A stretch of DNA of 38,686 bases from Candidatus Enterousia sp. (lineage in GTDB: Bacteria; Pseudomonadota; Alphaproteobacteria; Rs-D84): the NCBI GenBank assembly GCA_045631065.1, contig JAZQUA010000037.1, forward strand, positions 1-38,686, in the 5' to 3' direction. The notes under the pieces are model-generated. The model ran no database searches. It saw only the letters and a program-made list of their open reading frames with translations, and had not been told where the DNA came from. The stretch's first letter is position 1. The number at the start of each line of letters is the position of its first letter. This document shows, in pieces, positions 31,196 through 38,686 of the stretch. A program made the position numbers and the translations under genes.

Positions 31196-32821
31196 ATGAT
31201 AAAGCCAATGAAAATCTTTGTAATGTGTGCAGTGTTGTTGGGATTGTCTGGTTGTGCAACCAAAGAATCTGCCAAGGTTGCTGCAACGGTTGATAATGAT
31301 TTTGTAAATGCATATGATGCGTTTGAAATGGCAAAAAATCCACGTGCCAAGGTTGCCAGTGGCGATACTGTTTCTATGTCTGATGGTGTTTGGTTGGGAA
31401 ACAAATCTGTTGTTTTAGAACATCGTAATAATTTGCCATCTATGTTTGAAACAGATACAGGTGTTACTATATTATTAAATGAACCTGTGTCGTTGCAGGT
31501 CTTGGCAAATGATATTTATTCTGTAACAGGAATTCCTGTAAAGATTGATGGGCAAATTTCCGCTGAAAAATTAAAAAAATTGGTTAATGTTGCATATACT
31601 GGAAAGTTGTCTGGTTTATTATCTCAGGTTGCAACAGATTTAGATTTATTGTGGTACTATGATAAGAATTCAATTGTTTTCTATGAAACAGAAACAAAAA
31701 CATTTACTTTGTATGCATTGGGAACCGAAGTTGCATATCAAACATCTGTATCAACAGACAATTCAAATGAAGTTTCATTGGAATCTACATTAAAAGAATG
31801 GGACGAAGTTGAAAGCGCTATTTCTTCAATTATTGGAAAAAGCGATAATGCAGACTTTACTGTATCACGCAGCTTGGGTACAATTACTGTAACTGCATCC
31901 CCATCTGTGTTGGCGCGTGTTGGTGAATATATAGAACGTCAAAATAAAAGATTGTCTCAACTGATAACTATTGATGTAAAGGTTTTGCAAGTAACAATTT
32001 CAAATGATTCTGCGTTTGGTTTGAATTTGGCAGCAGCGATTAATTCAACAGCCGGATTGAATATTGTTGCAAATCCAAAAAATAATCTTGCATCGACAGA
32101 GGCCAGTTCAATGAATATCGCGGTGTTGTCAAATGCAGTATCTGCATTGACGGGTGCAACTCATACCGAAGGTGGTGCAACTGTCGAAGGTGCATATACG
32201 CAAAATGATATTATGAACGGTTCGTTATCTGGTGCTGCGGGTTCAAATGCATTGATTCAATCTTTGGCAAAACAGGGTAAGGTATCATTGGTAACAAATG
32301 TTGGTGTTACAACACGTTCGAATCGTGTTGCACCGGTCAGCAATACACGCACCACAGGTTATATTAAACGTTTCGAATCAAGAAACTTTACAACTGTTGA
32401 ATCAAGTACGGTTGATCAAGACGATTTGGAAACAGGCTTTACAATGCAATTGTTGCCAAATGTATTGGAAAACGGCAAAATTTTGTTGTTGTTCCGTATG
32501 TCTGTTCGTGAATTGTTGCGTATGTCAACACAGACAATTGGCGAAGTAACATTGCAGTTGCCAGAAGTAGAAGAACGTAGCTTTATGCAAGAAGTTATTA
32601 TGGAATCAGGCCAAATGTTGGTTGTGTCCGGATTTGAAAAACAGAAAAGTCAAGATACACGTTATGGTTTGGGCGATCCTGACTTTATGGCATTGTCTGG
32701 TTCACGCGAATCTGCTGCAAGTCGTGAAGTTCTGGTTGTTATCTTGACACCACAGGTATTGATTAGTCCGATGGATACAGAAAGAACTATACAGCAGCAT
32801 TGGGGTGCCCCACTAAACTAA
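31196..32821 (+). CDS. Outer-membrane lipoprotein secretin (type IVb pilus TcpC/BfpB/PilN-like)
   Basis: AGGAG Shine-Dalgarno sequence and lipobox LSGC. C-terminal secretin domain: ITIDVKVLQVTISNDSAFGLNL ... FTMQLLPNVLENGKILLLFRMSV ... LQLPEVEERSFMQEVIMESGQMLVVSGF ... REVLVVILTPQVL. Confidence 0.8.
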   Translation: MIKPMKIFVMCAVLLGLSGCATKESAKVAATVDNDFVNAYDAFEMAKNPRAKVASGDTVSMSDGVWLGNKSVVLEHRNNLPSMFETDTGVTILLNEPVSLQVLANDIYSVTGIPVKIDGQISAEKLKKLVNVAYTGKLSGLLSQVATDLDLLWYYDKNSIVFYETETKTFTLYALGTEVAYQTSVSTDNSNEVSLESTLKEWDEVESAISSIIGKSDNADFTVSRSLGTITVTASPSVLARVGEYIERQNKRLSQLITIDVKVLQVTISNDSAFGLNLAAAINSTAGLNIVANPKNNLASTEASSMNIAVLSNAVSALTGATHTEGGATVEGAYTQNDIMNGSLSGAAGSNALIQSLAKQGKVSLVTNVGVTTRSNRVAPVSNTRTTGYIKRFESRNFTTVESSTVDQDDLETGFTMQLLPNVLENGKILLLFRMSVRELLRMSTQTIGEVTLQLPEVEERSFMQEVIMESGQMLVVSGFEKQKSQDTRYGLGDPDFMALSGSRESAASREVLVVILTPQVLISPMDTERTIQQHWGAPLN

Positions 32822-32850
32822 AAATAAATTATAATAATTCATCTAAAAAC

Positions 32851-32902
32851 AAATCGGGAATCTCATGTAGCGTTTGTACACTACGATTCCCGATTTTTTT
32901 TT
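32851..32902 (+). terminator. Long bulged hairpin plus T-run after the secretin gene (also copy 1 of the repeat array)
   Basis: Outer stem AAATCGGGAATC / GATTCCCGATTT. Inner stem GTAGCGT / ACACTAC with one mismatch. A run of T residues follows. Confidence 0.65.
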
Positions 32903-33076
32903 ATCTAAATCATTCTAATTTATTTTTCGCTAATCACGAACAAGTTGATGGTTCATGTAACTTTTGTACACTACGGTTTCGGGTTTGTGTGTATCTATAC
33001 TATTATCTTTAATTTTTTGCTAATCACGAGTGGGGTGCAGGCAATTTATGTAGTGTCAAGTACACTACATTGCCGG
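32851..33076. repeat. Tandem array of about 90-nt repeats (2.5-3 units) with a conserved core (C/T)ATGTA-N6-8-GTACACTAC
   Basis: GTACACTAC occurs at 32876, 32966 and 33060 (spacing 90 and 94 nt). GCTAATCACGA occurs at 32929 and 33019 (spacing 90 nt). The linker segments TATCTA...TTTTT(C)GCTAATCACGA align between units. Confidence 0.8.
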
Positions 33077-33079
33077 CAT

Positions 33080-33109
33080 AAAAAAATCCCCTTGCTGGGG
33101 AATTTTTTT
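33080..33109. terminator. Bidirectional terminator downstream of the minus-strand 145-aa ORF
   Basis: A7-TCCCC-TTGCT-GGGGA-A2-T7, abutting the stop at 33108-33110. Confidence 0.65.
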
Positions 33110-33545
33110 ATCTGGCTTTTATACTGTTTAATATTATCAGTCGCTTTTCAATTTCGTGTTGTAAATCACGACGTGTTGCATGATTTAAATGTTTTTTGTA
33201 ATCAGTTGTTTTGTATTGTGGAAAAATATATGTTTCTGCTGATGGGTATAATTGAACAACGGGTTTGTTTGTTTCTTTGTCCAGGTATTCAATAATTGTT
33301 GTCGCTATTTTTTCGCCCAGTTTATGTGTGTTTTCAATATGTCTTTGTGCCATTTCGTTGGCATAAGGATTTGGAAATTCTTTGGATTTAATCCAGCCTG
33401 TATTGGTTTCTTGTTTTTGACCGTTAATTGTTATTAAGGCCATTGGGGTAAATTTTTGATACGCAAACAAACCCATATCTATCATGCCGTTAAATGCGAT
33501 GGTATATGTATTTTTCTTCTTTTTGCTGGGTTTCATATTATTCAT
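33108..33545 (-). CDS. Hypothetical 145-aa protein
   Basis: The start is set at MNNMKPSKKKK (33545) because a strong promoter and the parE terminator lie inside the longer track ORF. No recognised motif. Confidence 0.5.
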   Translation of the reverse strand: MNNMKPSKKKKNTYTIAFNGMIDMGLFAYQKFTPMALITINGQKQETNTGWIKSKEFPNPYANEMAQRHIENTHKLGEKIATTIIEYLDKETNKPVVQLYPSAETYIFPQYKTTDYKKHLNHATRRDLQHEIEKRLIILNSIKAR

Positions 33546-33576
33546 TTTTATATGCCTATATTTTTGTCCGAACGCA

Positions 33577-33604
33577 AATATAGTACATAAAACATAGGTG
33601 TCAA
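33577..33604 (-). promoter_or_regulatory. Strong sigma70-type promoter for the 145-aa ORF
   Basis: Minus strand reads TTGACA (33604-33599), 16-nt spacer, TATATT (33582-33577). Confidence 0.55.
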
Positions 33605-33616
33605 GTATATAGGAAT

Positions 33617-33645
33617 AAAAAAACGGATAATGTATCCGTTTTTTA
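33617..33645 (-). terminator. Rho-independent terminator of parE
   Basis: ACGGATA-ATG-TATCCGT flanked by an A-run and a T-run. It overlaps the parE stop codon. Confidence 0.7.
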
Positions 33646-35622
33646 TACAAACAAGTCTTTTACGAATTGCGCGTGTTCTGTTATGAACTTGAATCTAAAT
33701 TCTGGTTTTTTGCCCATCAGTTCAGAAACGATTGTTCGGGTTTTTTCTGTGTCTTCGGCACCTTCATCTGTACGTGGAGGTAATTCAACACGAATCAATC
33801 TGCGTGTCTTTGGTGACATTGTCGTTTCTTTTAATTGATTTGGCATCATTTCGCCCAAACCTTTGAATCGAGATATTTCAACGCGTTTGTTTTTATATTT
33901 TGTTGCTTTTAAATTTTCCAGCTCTTCATCGCTATCAACATAAATTGATTCTGTGCCACATGTTAATTTGTATAACGGCGGGCAAGATAAATACAAATGT
34001 CCACCATAAATTAGTTGTGGCATATATTGATAAAAGAACGCCATTAACAGTGATGCAATATGGCTGCCGTCAACGTCAGCATCAGTCATAACGATAATTT
34101 TTTCATATCGCAGTTTATCTTCGTTCCAATCTTTGGCAGTGCCTGCACCAATGATATCAATCAGTTCGTTTAATTCTTTGTTTGCACCGAAACGTTCGTC
34201 TGAATTTGATATAACATTTAATACCTTGCCACGTAATGGCATAATGGCCTGGGTTGCGCGGTCACGCGCTTGCTTTGCAGTGCCACCAGCGGATTCACCT
34301 TCGACAATAAATAATTCTGTGCCGGCGATTCCATGTTTTGAACAATCTGCCAATTTTGCGGGCATACGAATACGTTTCGTTGGTGTTTTGCGTGCAACGT
34401 CTTTGACTTGTTTTGTTTTTATACGGGCGTTTGCAAGATTTATCACAAAGTCTAATAATGCATTTGCCGTCTTAGGGTCAGATGCCAAGAACATTTCCCA
34501 AGGATCGCGTAGCGCATTTTCTGTGTATCGTGCAATTTCTGGGTTTGATAATTTTTCTTTGGTTTGTCCCAAGAATTGAGGTGTTTTGTAAAAAACAGAT
34601 ACGATTGCAGCAACAGAATCAAATACGTCTTCGCCTATAATTGTTGCAGCAGATTTGTTGTTAACTTTTTCGCCATATGCTTTTATCCCTTTGGTTATTG
34701 CGGATTTAAAGCCCGTTTCGTGTGTGCCACCATCAATTGTCGCAATTGTATTACAGTATGATGAAAAGAATCCATCATCAGATGCAGCGCCATTTTCATC
34801 TGTTAAAAATGTTAATGCCCATTCAACACGACCGCTGTCATCTGGGAAATCAACGCTGCCACTGAAAATTCGTGGTAAAATTCGTGGTTTGGAATCTGTT
34901 TTTTCGGCCAAGAAATCTGCAACACCATTTGGGTAATAAAATGTCTTTGTTGCAGGTATATTCATATCTTCGGTCAATAATTCTGGGTTACATTGCCAGT
35001 CAATTTTTATCCCACGTGACAGGAATGCCTTGGCGCGTGCCATACGATAAATTTTTATAGGTTTAAATACAGCGTTTGCACCAAATATATCATCATCAAT
35101 TGTAAAACGGATTTTTGTTCCATGTGCCTTGGTTGCATCCATACGTTGCATCGAACTGGTTGGCAGACCGCGTGAAAAAGTCTGATGCCAATTATATCCA
35201 TCGCGTGCAATATCAACAATCATTTCTGATGACAGGGCATTTACAACAGCAGATCCAACACCATGCAATCCACCACTGGTTTTATATACATTATTATTAA
35301 ATTTTCCCCCAGAATGCAGTGTTGTTAAAATAACCTCTAGTGCGGATTTCCCAGGATATTTTGGATGTTCATCTACTGGGATTCCACGACCATCGTCTGC
35401 AATTTCAATGGTCTTGGAATCAATTAAATTCACAGTAATTTTCTTGGCAAAGCCGGCCACAGCTTCGTCAATAGAATTGTCCATAATTTCAATAGGCAAG
35501 TGGTGCCAGGCTTTTTCGTCTGTGCCACCAATATACATTCCAGGACGTAAACGAACAGGTTCCAAACCTTCTAGAACCTGAATGTCTGACGCATCATATG
35601 TGTTAGTATTTTTCTCTGTCAT
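33643..35622 (-). CDS. parE: DNA topoisomerase IV subunit B
   Basis: GHKL ATPase motifs LEGLEPVRLRPGMYIGG, DNSIDEA, DDGRGIP. Toprim motifs EGESAGG, DADVDGSHI. The 659-aa length fits ParE rather than an ~800-aa GyrB. Confidence 0.85.
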   Translation of the reverse strand: MTEKNTNTYDASDIQVLEGLEPVRLRPGMYIGGTDEKAWHHLPIEIMDNSIDEAVAGFAKKITVNLIDSKTIEIADDGRGIPVDEHPKYPGKSALEVILTTLHSGGKFNNNVYKTSGGLHGVGSAVVNALSSEMIVDIARDGYNWHQTFSRGLPTSSMQRMDATKAHGTKIRFTIDDDIFGANAVFKPIKIYRMARAKAFLSRGIKIDWQCNPELLTEDMNIPATKTFYYPNGVADFLAEKTDSKPRILPRIFSGSVDFPDDSGRVEWALTFLTDENGAASDDGFFSSYCNTIATIDGGTHETGFKSAITKGIKAYGEKVNNKSAATIIGEDVFDSVAAIVSVFYKTPQFLGQTKEKLSNPEIARYTENALRDPWEMFLASDPKTANALLDFVINLANARIKTKQVKDVARKTPTKRIRMPAKLADCSKHGIAGTELFIVEGESAGGTAKQARDRATQAIMPLRGKVLNVISNSDERFGANKELNELIDIIGAGTAKDWNEDKLRYEKIIVMTDADVDGSHIASLLMAFFYQYMPQLIYGGHLYLSCPPLYKLTCGTESIYVDSDEELENLKATKYKNKRVEISRFKGLGEMMPNQLKETTMSPKTRRLIRVELPPRTDEGAEDTEKTRTIVSELMGKKPEFRFKFITEHAQFVKDLFV

Positions 35623-35696
35623 AGCAACACTATTATTATAACATTTTTAAATTTTTCGCAAGCCCAAAGAATTTAAGCACAATAATAATTTATGGG

Positions 35697-35726
35697 CTTG
35701 ATTTTTTTATTTGCTGTCTTATATAT
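35697..35726 (+). promoter_or_regulatory. RpoH (sigma32)-type heat-shock promoter, alphaproteobacterial form
   Basis: CTTG (35697-35700), 17-nt spacer, CTTATAT (35718-35724). This matches the CTTG-N17-CYTATNT consensus as I recall it. It lies about 35 nt upstream of the dnaJ ATG. Confidence 0.5.
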
Positions 35727-35759
35727 TTGGTAACAATAAAATTACCATGGAAATATAAA

Positions 35760-36890
35760 ATGAATAAAAATCCGTATGAAGTTCTTGGGGTTGCACGTGA
35801 TGCATCTGATGCTGATATTAAAAAGGCTTATCACAAGTTGGTTATGAAATATCACCCAGATAGAAATCCTGATAACAAAGAAGCAGAAGAGAAGTTTAAA
35901 GAAGTTAATAACGCCTTTGATATTTTGAAAGATCCGCAAAAGCGTGCTGCATATGACAGATTTGGTGATGCTGCATTTGCCGGTGGTAATGCATCTGGTG
36001 CTGGTTTTGGCGGAAATCCATTTGGTAATGGTGCATTCCATTTTGATATGGGTGGTGGCGCCGGTATGGAAGATATCTTGCGTGAAGCAATGCGCGGATT
36101 TGGTTTTGGTGGCGGATTTGGCGGTGGACCACAACGTGGTGCGCCACAGCGTGGTGGACGTGATTTATTAGATGAAGTTGTTATTGATTTAAAAGATGCT
36201 TACTTTGGCAAAACGCATACGGTTAAATTTTCTAGTAATGTGACATGTGAAAAATGTCATGGTAATGGTACCGATGATGGCAAGCCTGCGCCTGTATGTA
36301 ATCGTTGTGGCGGCAGTGGTTTTGTTCAGACACGTCAAGGATTTTTTGTAACCGAAGAACCTTGTCCAGAATGTAATGGACTGGGACGCAAAATTAATAA
36401 AAAGTGTTCTGAATGTGATGGGACAGGTACACAACATAAACAGCGCACATTGGAAGTAAAAATTCCTGCGGGTATCGAAGATGGCGCAAGACTGCGCTTG
36501 GCAGGTCAGGGTGAGGCTGGTGCCAATGGTGGGCCTGCGGGGGATTTCTATTTGGATGTACGTATCAGACCTGATAAAATATTTGAACGTAATGGCAGCG
36601 ATTTAATCATGCGTGTAGATGTTCCGTTTACAACATTGGCATTGGGTGGTGAAATAGAAATCGAAACAATTGACGATAAAAAGTTGGCGGTCAAGGTGCC
36701 GGCTGGAACACAGGTTGGTGAAAAGTTGCGTGTTCGTGGGCATGGTATGCCTTCTGTTCGTCGTGGTGGTACATTTGGTGATTTGTATATTGATATCGCA
36801 ATAAAAATTCCAACAAAATTATCCGATAAACAAAAGAAGTTGTTGAACGAATTTGCTGATTTAAAGTCTGATAAAAAAAGTTGGTTTTAG
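35760..36890 (+). CDS. dnaJ: Molecular chaperone DnaJ (type I)
   Basis: J domain with YHPDRNP, a Gly/Phe-rich region, and four CxxCxGxG zinc motifs ([32 protein letters not shown]). The start is the ATG at 35760 within the longer track ORF. Confidence 0.95.
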   Translation: MNKNPYEVLGVARDASDADIKKAYHKLVMKYHPDRNPDNKEAEEKFKEVNNAFDILKDPQKRAAYDRFGDAAFAGGNASGAGFGGNPFGNGAFHFDMGGGAGMEDILREAMRGFGFGGGFGGGPQRGAPQRGGRDLLDEVVIDLKDAYFGKTHTVKFSSNVTCEKCHGNGTDDGKPAPVCNRCGGSGFVQTRQGFFVTEEPCPECNGLGRKINKKCSECDGTGTQHKQRTLEVKIPAGIEDGARLRLAGQGEAGANGGPAGDFYLDVRIRPDKIFERNGSDLIMRVDVPFTTLALGGEIEIETIDDKKLAVKVPAGTQVGEKLRVRGHGMPSVRRGGTFGDLYIDIAIKIPTKLSDKQKKLLNEFADLKSDKKSWF

Positions 36891-36896
36891 ATGGAT

Positions 36897-36924
36897 AAAA
36901 AACCGCCGTGTACGGCGGTTTTTA
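36897..36924. terminator. Bidirectional terminator between the convergent dnaJ and pgsA
   Basis: A-run-ACCGCCG-TGTA-CGGCGGT-T5. Confidence 0.8.
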
Positions 36925-36934
36925 TTGTCTTGGT

Positions 36935-37534
36935 TTATTTTATCTTTTTCAGGTGTCCCAGGAATGTTATTGTATATTGTGTTGCTGACCAAATAGATGA
37001 CAGTAATGATAACCATAACCCCCATATGCCGATTTGTGGCAAAATATAAATTAAATACATCAGTGTACGGCTGTCTGATTCAGGTGTAACCAATGTGCCA
37101 ATAACAAATATAAGTAAGAAAGCTGTAATTGAAATCATTTGTAATGTTGTTTTAATTTTGCCCATTGAAAAGCGTGCTTTTGGAACGGGCATTTCTATTT
37201 TTTGTGTACCCAAGAATTCGCGTAATCCAGATATATATAATTCGCGTGCAATCATAATTATAATTGGAACCACAACAAACCACACAGGCATCATAATTGC
37301 CAGCATTATAAATGTGTTCACAACTAATAATTTGTCGCCTATGTGATCCATTACACCACCGATTTTTGTGCAAACGTTGTATTTGCGTGCCAAGAAGCCG
37401 TCAAACCAATCTGATATTGCGCCCAGTACAAATAATATAAATGTTGTCCAATACATATTTAACATCAGTGTTGGGATAATCGCAAATGCCGCAGCAATAC
37501 GGAATGCGGATAAAAAGTTCACAAAAAATTTCAT
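36935..37534 (-). CDS. pgsA: CDP-diacylglycerol--glycerol-3-phosphate 3-phosphatidyltransferase
   Basis: CDP-alcohol phosphatidyltransferase motif DWFDGFLARKYNVCTKIGGVMDHIGDKLL. Length is 199 aa with a multi-TM profile. Confidence 0.85.
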   Translation of the reverse strand: MKFFVNFLSAFRIAAAFAIIPTLMLNMYWTTFILFVLGAISDWFDGFLARKYNVCTKIGGVMDHIGDKLLVVNTFIMLAIMMPVWFVVVPIIIMIARELYISGLREFLGTQKIEMPVPKARFSMGKIKTTLQMISITAFLLIFVIGTLVTPESDSRTLMYLIYILPQIGIWGLWLSLLSSIWSATQYTITFLGHLKKIK

Positions 37535-37573
37535 ATGTTTTCTCCTTTGGTTATAAATATATGAATAACATAA

Positions 37574-38686
37574 TTATATCACTTCTGTATGAAAATGGGC
37601 ATATATTTTTTCAGCGGCATTTTTCCCCAGCCCAGGTACGTGTTTAAGTGCATTGATATCTGCATCTATTATTGCGCGTACAGAACCAAAATGTTGCAGC
37701 AGTGCGCGTTTTCTGGTTGGGCCAATTCCATCAATTTCATCCAGTACAGATGCAGTCATTTTTTTTGCGCGTACATTGCGATGGTATGTAATGACGAATC
37801 TGTGTGCTTCATCACGAACGGTTCGTAACATTAAAAACAGCGGGCTGTCTTTTGGCATGTCGAAATATTCTGAACCGTCTGGCATAATAAAGTGTTCATC
37901 ACCATCACGAACAATACCTTTTGTTACGCCGATAACTGGTATGCCATTCGCGCGGCGGTTGGCAATGTTCCATTGTGCTAGGCCACCGTCAACAATTATT
38001 AAATCCAGTTTAGGTCCACGTGTAACTGCGCGGTCAATGAATTCAGACATCATTGCGATGTCGTTGCCTGCGCGTGTTTTATCGTGTAATTTAAAGTGTC
38101 TGTAACCTGACTTTTCAAATCCGTTATGTCCGAATGTTATCATTGCCCCAACAGGATTTTTCCCGAATAGGTGTGAGTTGTCAAAAACACCAACAAGATT
38201 AACTTTTATCCCCAACCATTTTTCCATGTCGGATACATTTCTGTTCCAGTCAATGTTTTTTGTATATGGCTGTTTCTGTCGTATACCGCGATTTGATGTA
38301 TGGGTAAGTGCGGCGATTTTATCACGAATAATAGCGGCGTTTTCATAATCTGTATTGTTTGCATATTGTCGCATTTGTTCGGTTAAATCGTTAATGATTG
38401 GTTGGCTGTCGCCGGTTAATATTTTTCGCGCTGTACGAACGTTTTCTGCATATTTTTCTTTGTCTGGATAGCAACATGGTGCGCTGCAACGTCCAATTTG
38501 ATGTAACAGGCAAGGACGTGTTCGGTTCCGCATTTGTGTGTCTGTACAGGTGCGTATTTGACAGACTTTTTGAATGGTTTTTATTGTTTCGTTTAATGCA
38601 GAAACCGAAGGATATGGTCCGTATACGTCGCGGCGTTGTGATATTTTGCCTCGAAATTTTAAAAGACGGGGAAATTCGCTGTTGGT
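37574..38686 (-). CDS. uvrC: Excinuclease ABC subunit C, C-terminal about 370 aa (5' end outside the window)
   Basis: The frame stays open upstream of the listed M to the window end (TNSEFPRLLKFRGKISQRRDVYGPYPS...). RPCLLHQIGRCSAPC, the endonuclease V-like domain, and the C-terminal HhH (IDGIGPTRKRALLQHFGS) are present. Confidence 0.95.
   Translation of the reverse strand, partial: TNSEFPRLLKFRGKISQRRDVYGPYPSVSALNETIKTIQKVCQIRTCTDTQMRNRTRPCLLHQIGRCSAPCCYPDKEKYAENVRTARKILTGDSQPIINDLTEQMRQYANNTDYENAAIIRDKIAALTHTSNRGIRQKQPYTKNIDWNRNVSDMEKWLGIKVNLVGVFDNSHLFGKNPVGAMITFGHNGFEKSGYRHFKLHDKTRAGNDIAMMSEFIDRAVTRGPKLDLIIVDGGLAQWNIANRRANGIPVIGVTKGIVRDGDEHFIMPDGSEYFDMPKDSPLFLMLRTVRDEAHRFVITYHRNVRAKKMTASVLDEIDGIGPTRKRALLQHFGSVRAIIDADINALKHVPGLGKNAAEKIYAHFHTEVI

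Noticed and set aside
32851-33076. Possible CRISPR array, given a regularly spaced 23-nt core repeat.
   Set aside because: The segments between the cores are homologous to each other (TATCTA...GCTAATCACGA recurs), so this is a tandem duplication of a ~90-nt unit and not repeats with unique spacers. There are only about three copies, and no cas genes are in the window.
32851-33110. Type III toxin-antitoxin (ToxI-like) RNA repeat array.
   Set aside because: ToxI-type arrays directly precede a toxin ORF on the same strand. Here the plus-strand array runs into a terminator and an opposite-strand gene. On the minus strand the array lies downstream of a terminated gene.
32800-33295. Track ORFs 32800-33012 (70 aa) and 32945-33295 (116 aa).
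   Set aside because: They run through the repeat and terminator region and antisense to the 145-aa gene. They have no Shine-Dalgarno sequence and their composition is low-complexity Phe/Ile/Leu, typical of AT-rich non-coding frames.
33546-33650. 35-codon N-terminal extension of the 180-aa track ORF.
   Set aside because: The extension would overlap the parE stop and terminator and contain the TTGACA-N16-TATATT promoter. The internal start at 33545 is more coherent.
33643-35622. Calling the type IIA topoisomerase B subunit gyrB.
   Set aside because: At 659 aa it lacks the ~170-aa insertion and extra length typical of proteobacterial GyrB. The N-terminal LEGLEPVR context and the size both fit ParE.
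35659-35700. CIRCE (HrcA operator) upstream of dnaJ.
   Set aside because: The inverted repeat CAAGCCCA...TGGGCTTG does not resemble TTAGCACTC-N9-GAGTGCTAA, and its loop is 26 nt rather than 9.

Overview
AT-rich chromosomal segment from a diderm bacterium. The gene content suggests a reduced, rearranged alphaproteobacterial or endosymbiont-like genome: LolA, OMPs, a secretin, a Cys-less DksA, and an alphaproteobacterial-type RpoH promoter upstream of dnaJ. This taxonomic call is inference only. The window is mostly densely packed housekeeping genes. They are thrS (5' partial), a SPOR protein, tatA, dksA-trxA, sufS-sufT-sufE, ftsL-ftsI, recJ plus a DHH paralogue, lolA-tatB-tatC, an NlpD-like LysM/M23 peptidase, an FMN alpha-hydroxy-acid oxidase/dehydrogenase, tRNA-Lys(CTT), an OMP, a Dps-like and a SodC-like protein, an autotransporter-like OMP, miaB, gatB, tRNA-Phe(GAA), gatA, gatC, ruvX, an AI-2E permease, sufC, sufB, parE, dnaJ, pgsA and uvrC (5' partial). 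I found no rRNA, CRISPR array, transposase or integrase. Five things deserve a second look. (1) The gatCAB genes are interrupted by uncharacterised, translationally coupled ORFs: two paralogous Cys-rich ORFs between gatC and gatA, and three small ORFs with basic tails between gatB and miaB. (2) tRNA-Phe lies antisense between gatA and gatB. (3) A TcpQ-like protein and a lipoprotein secretin form an orphan pair with no pilus or secretion partner genes in the window. (4) Directly downstream of that pair is a tandem array of about 90-nt repeats carrying a conserved bulged hairpin with one compensatory base-pair swap. (5) The sufB-sufC operon has membrane-protein genes where sufD normally sits. 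All calls come from reading the sequence and from remembered family motifs. No database search was run.
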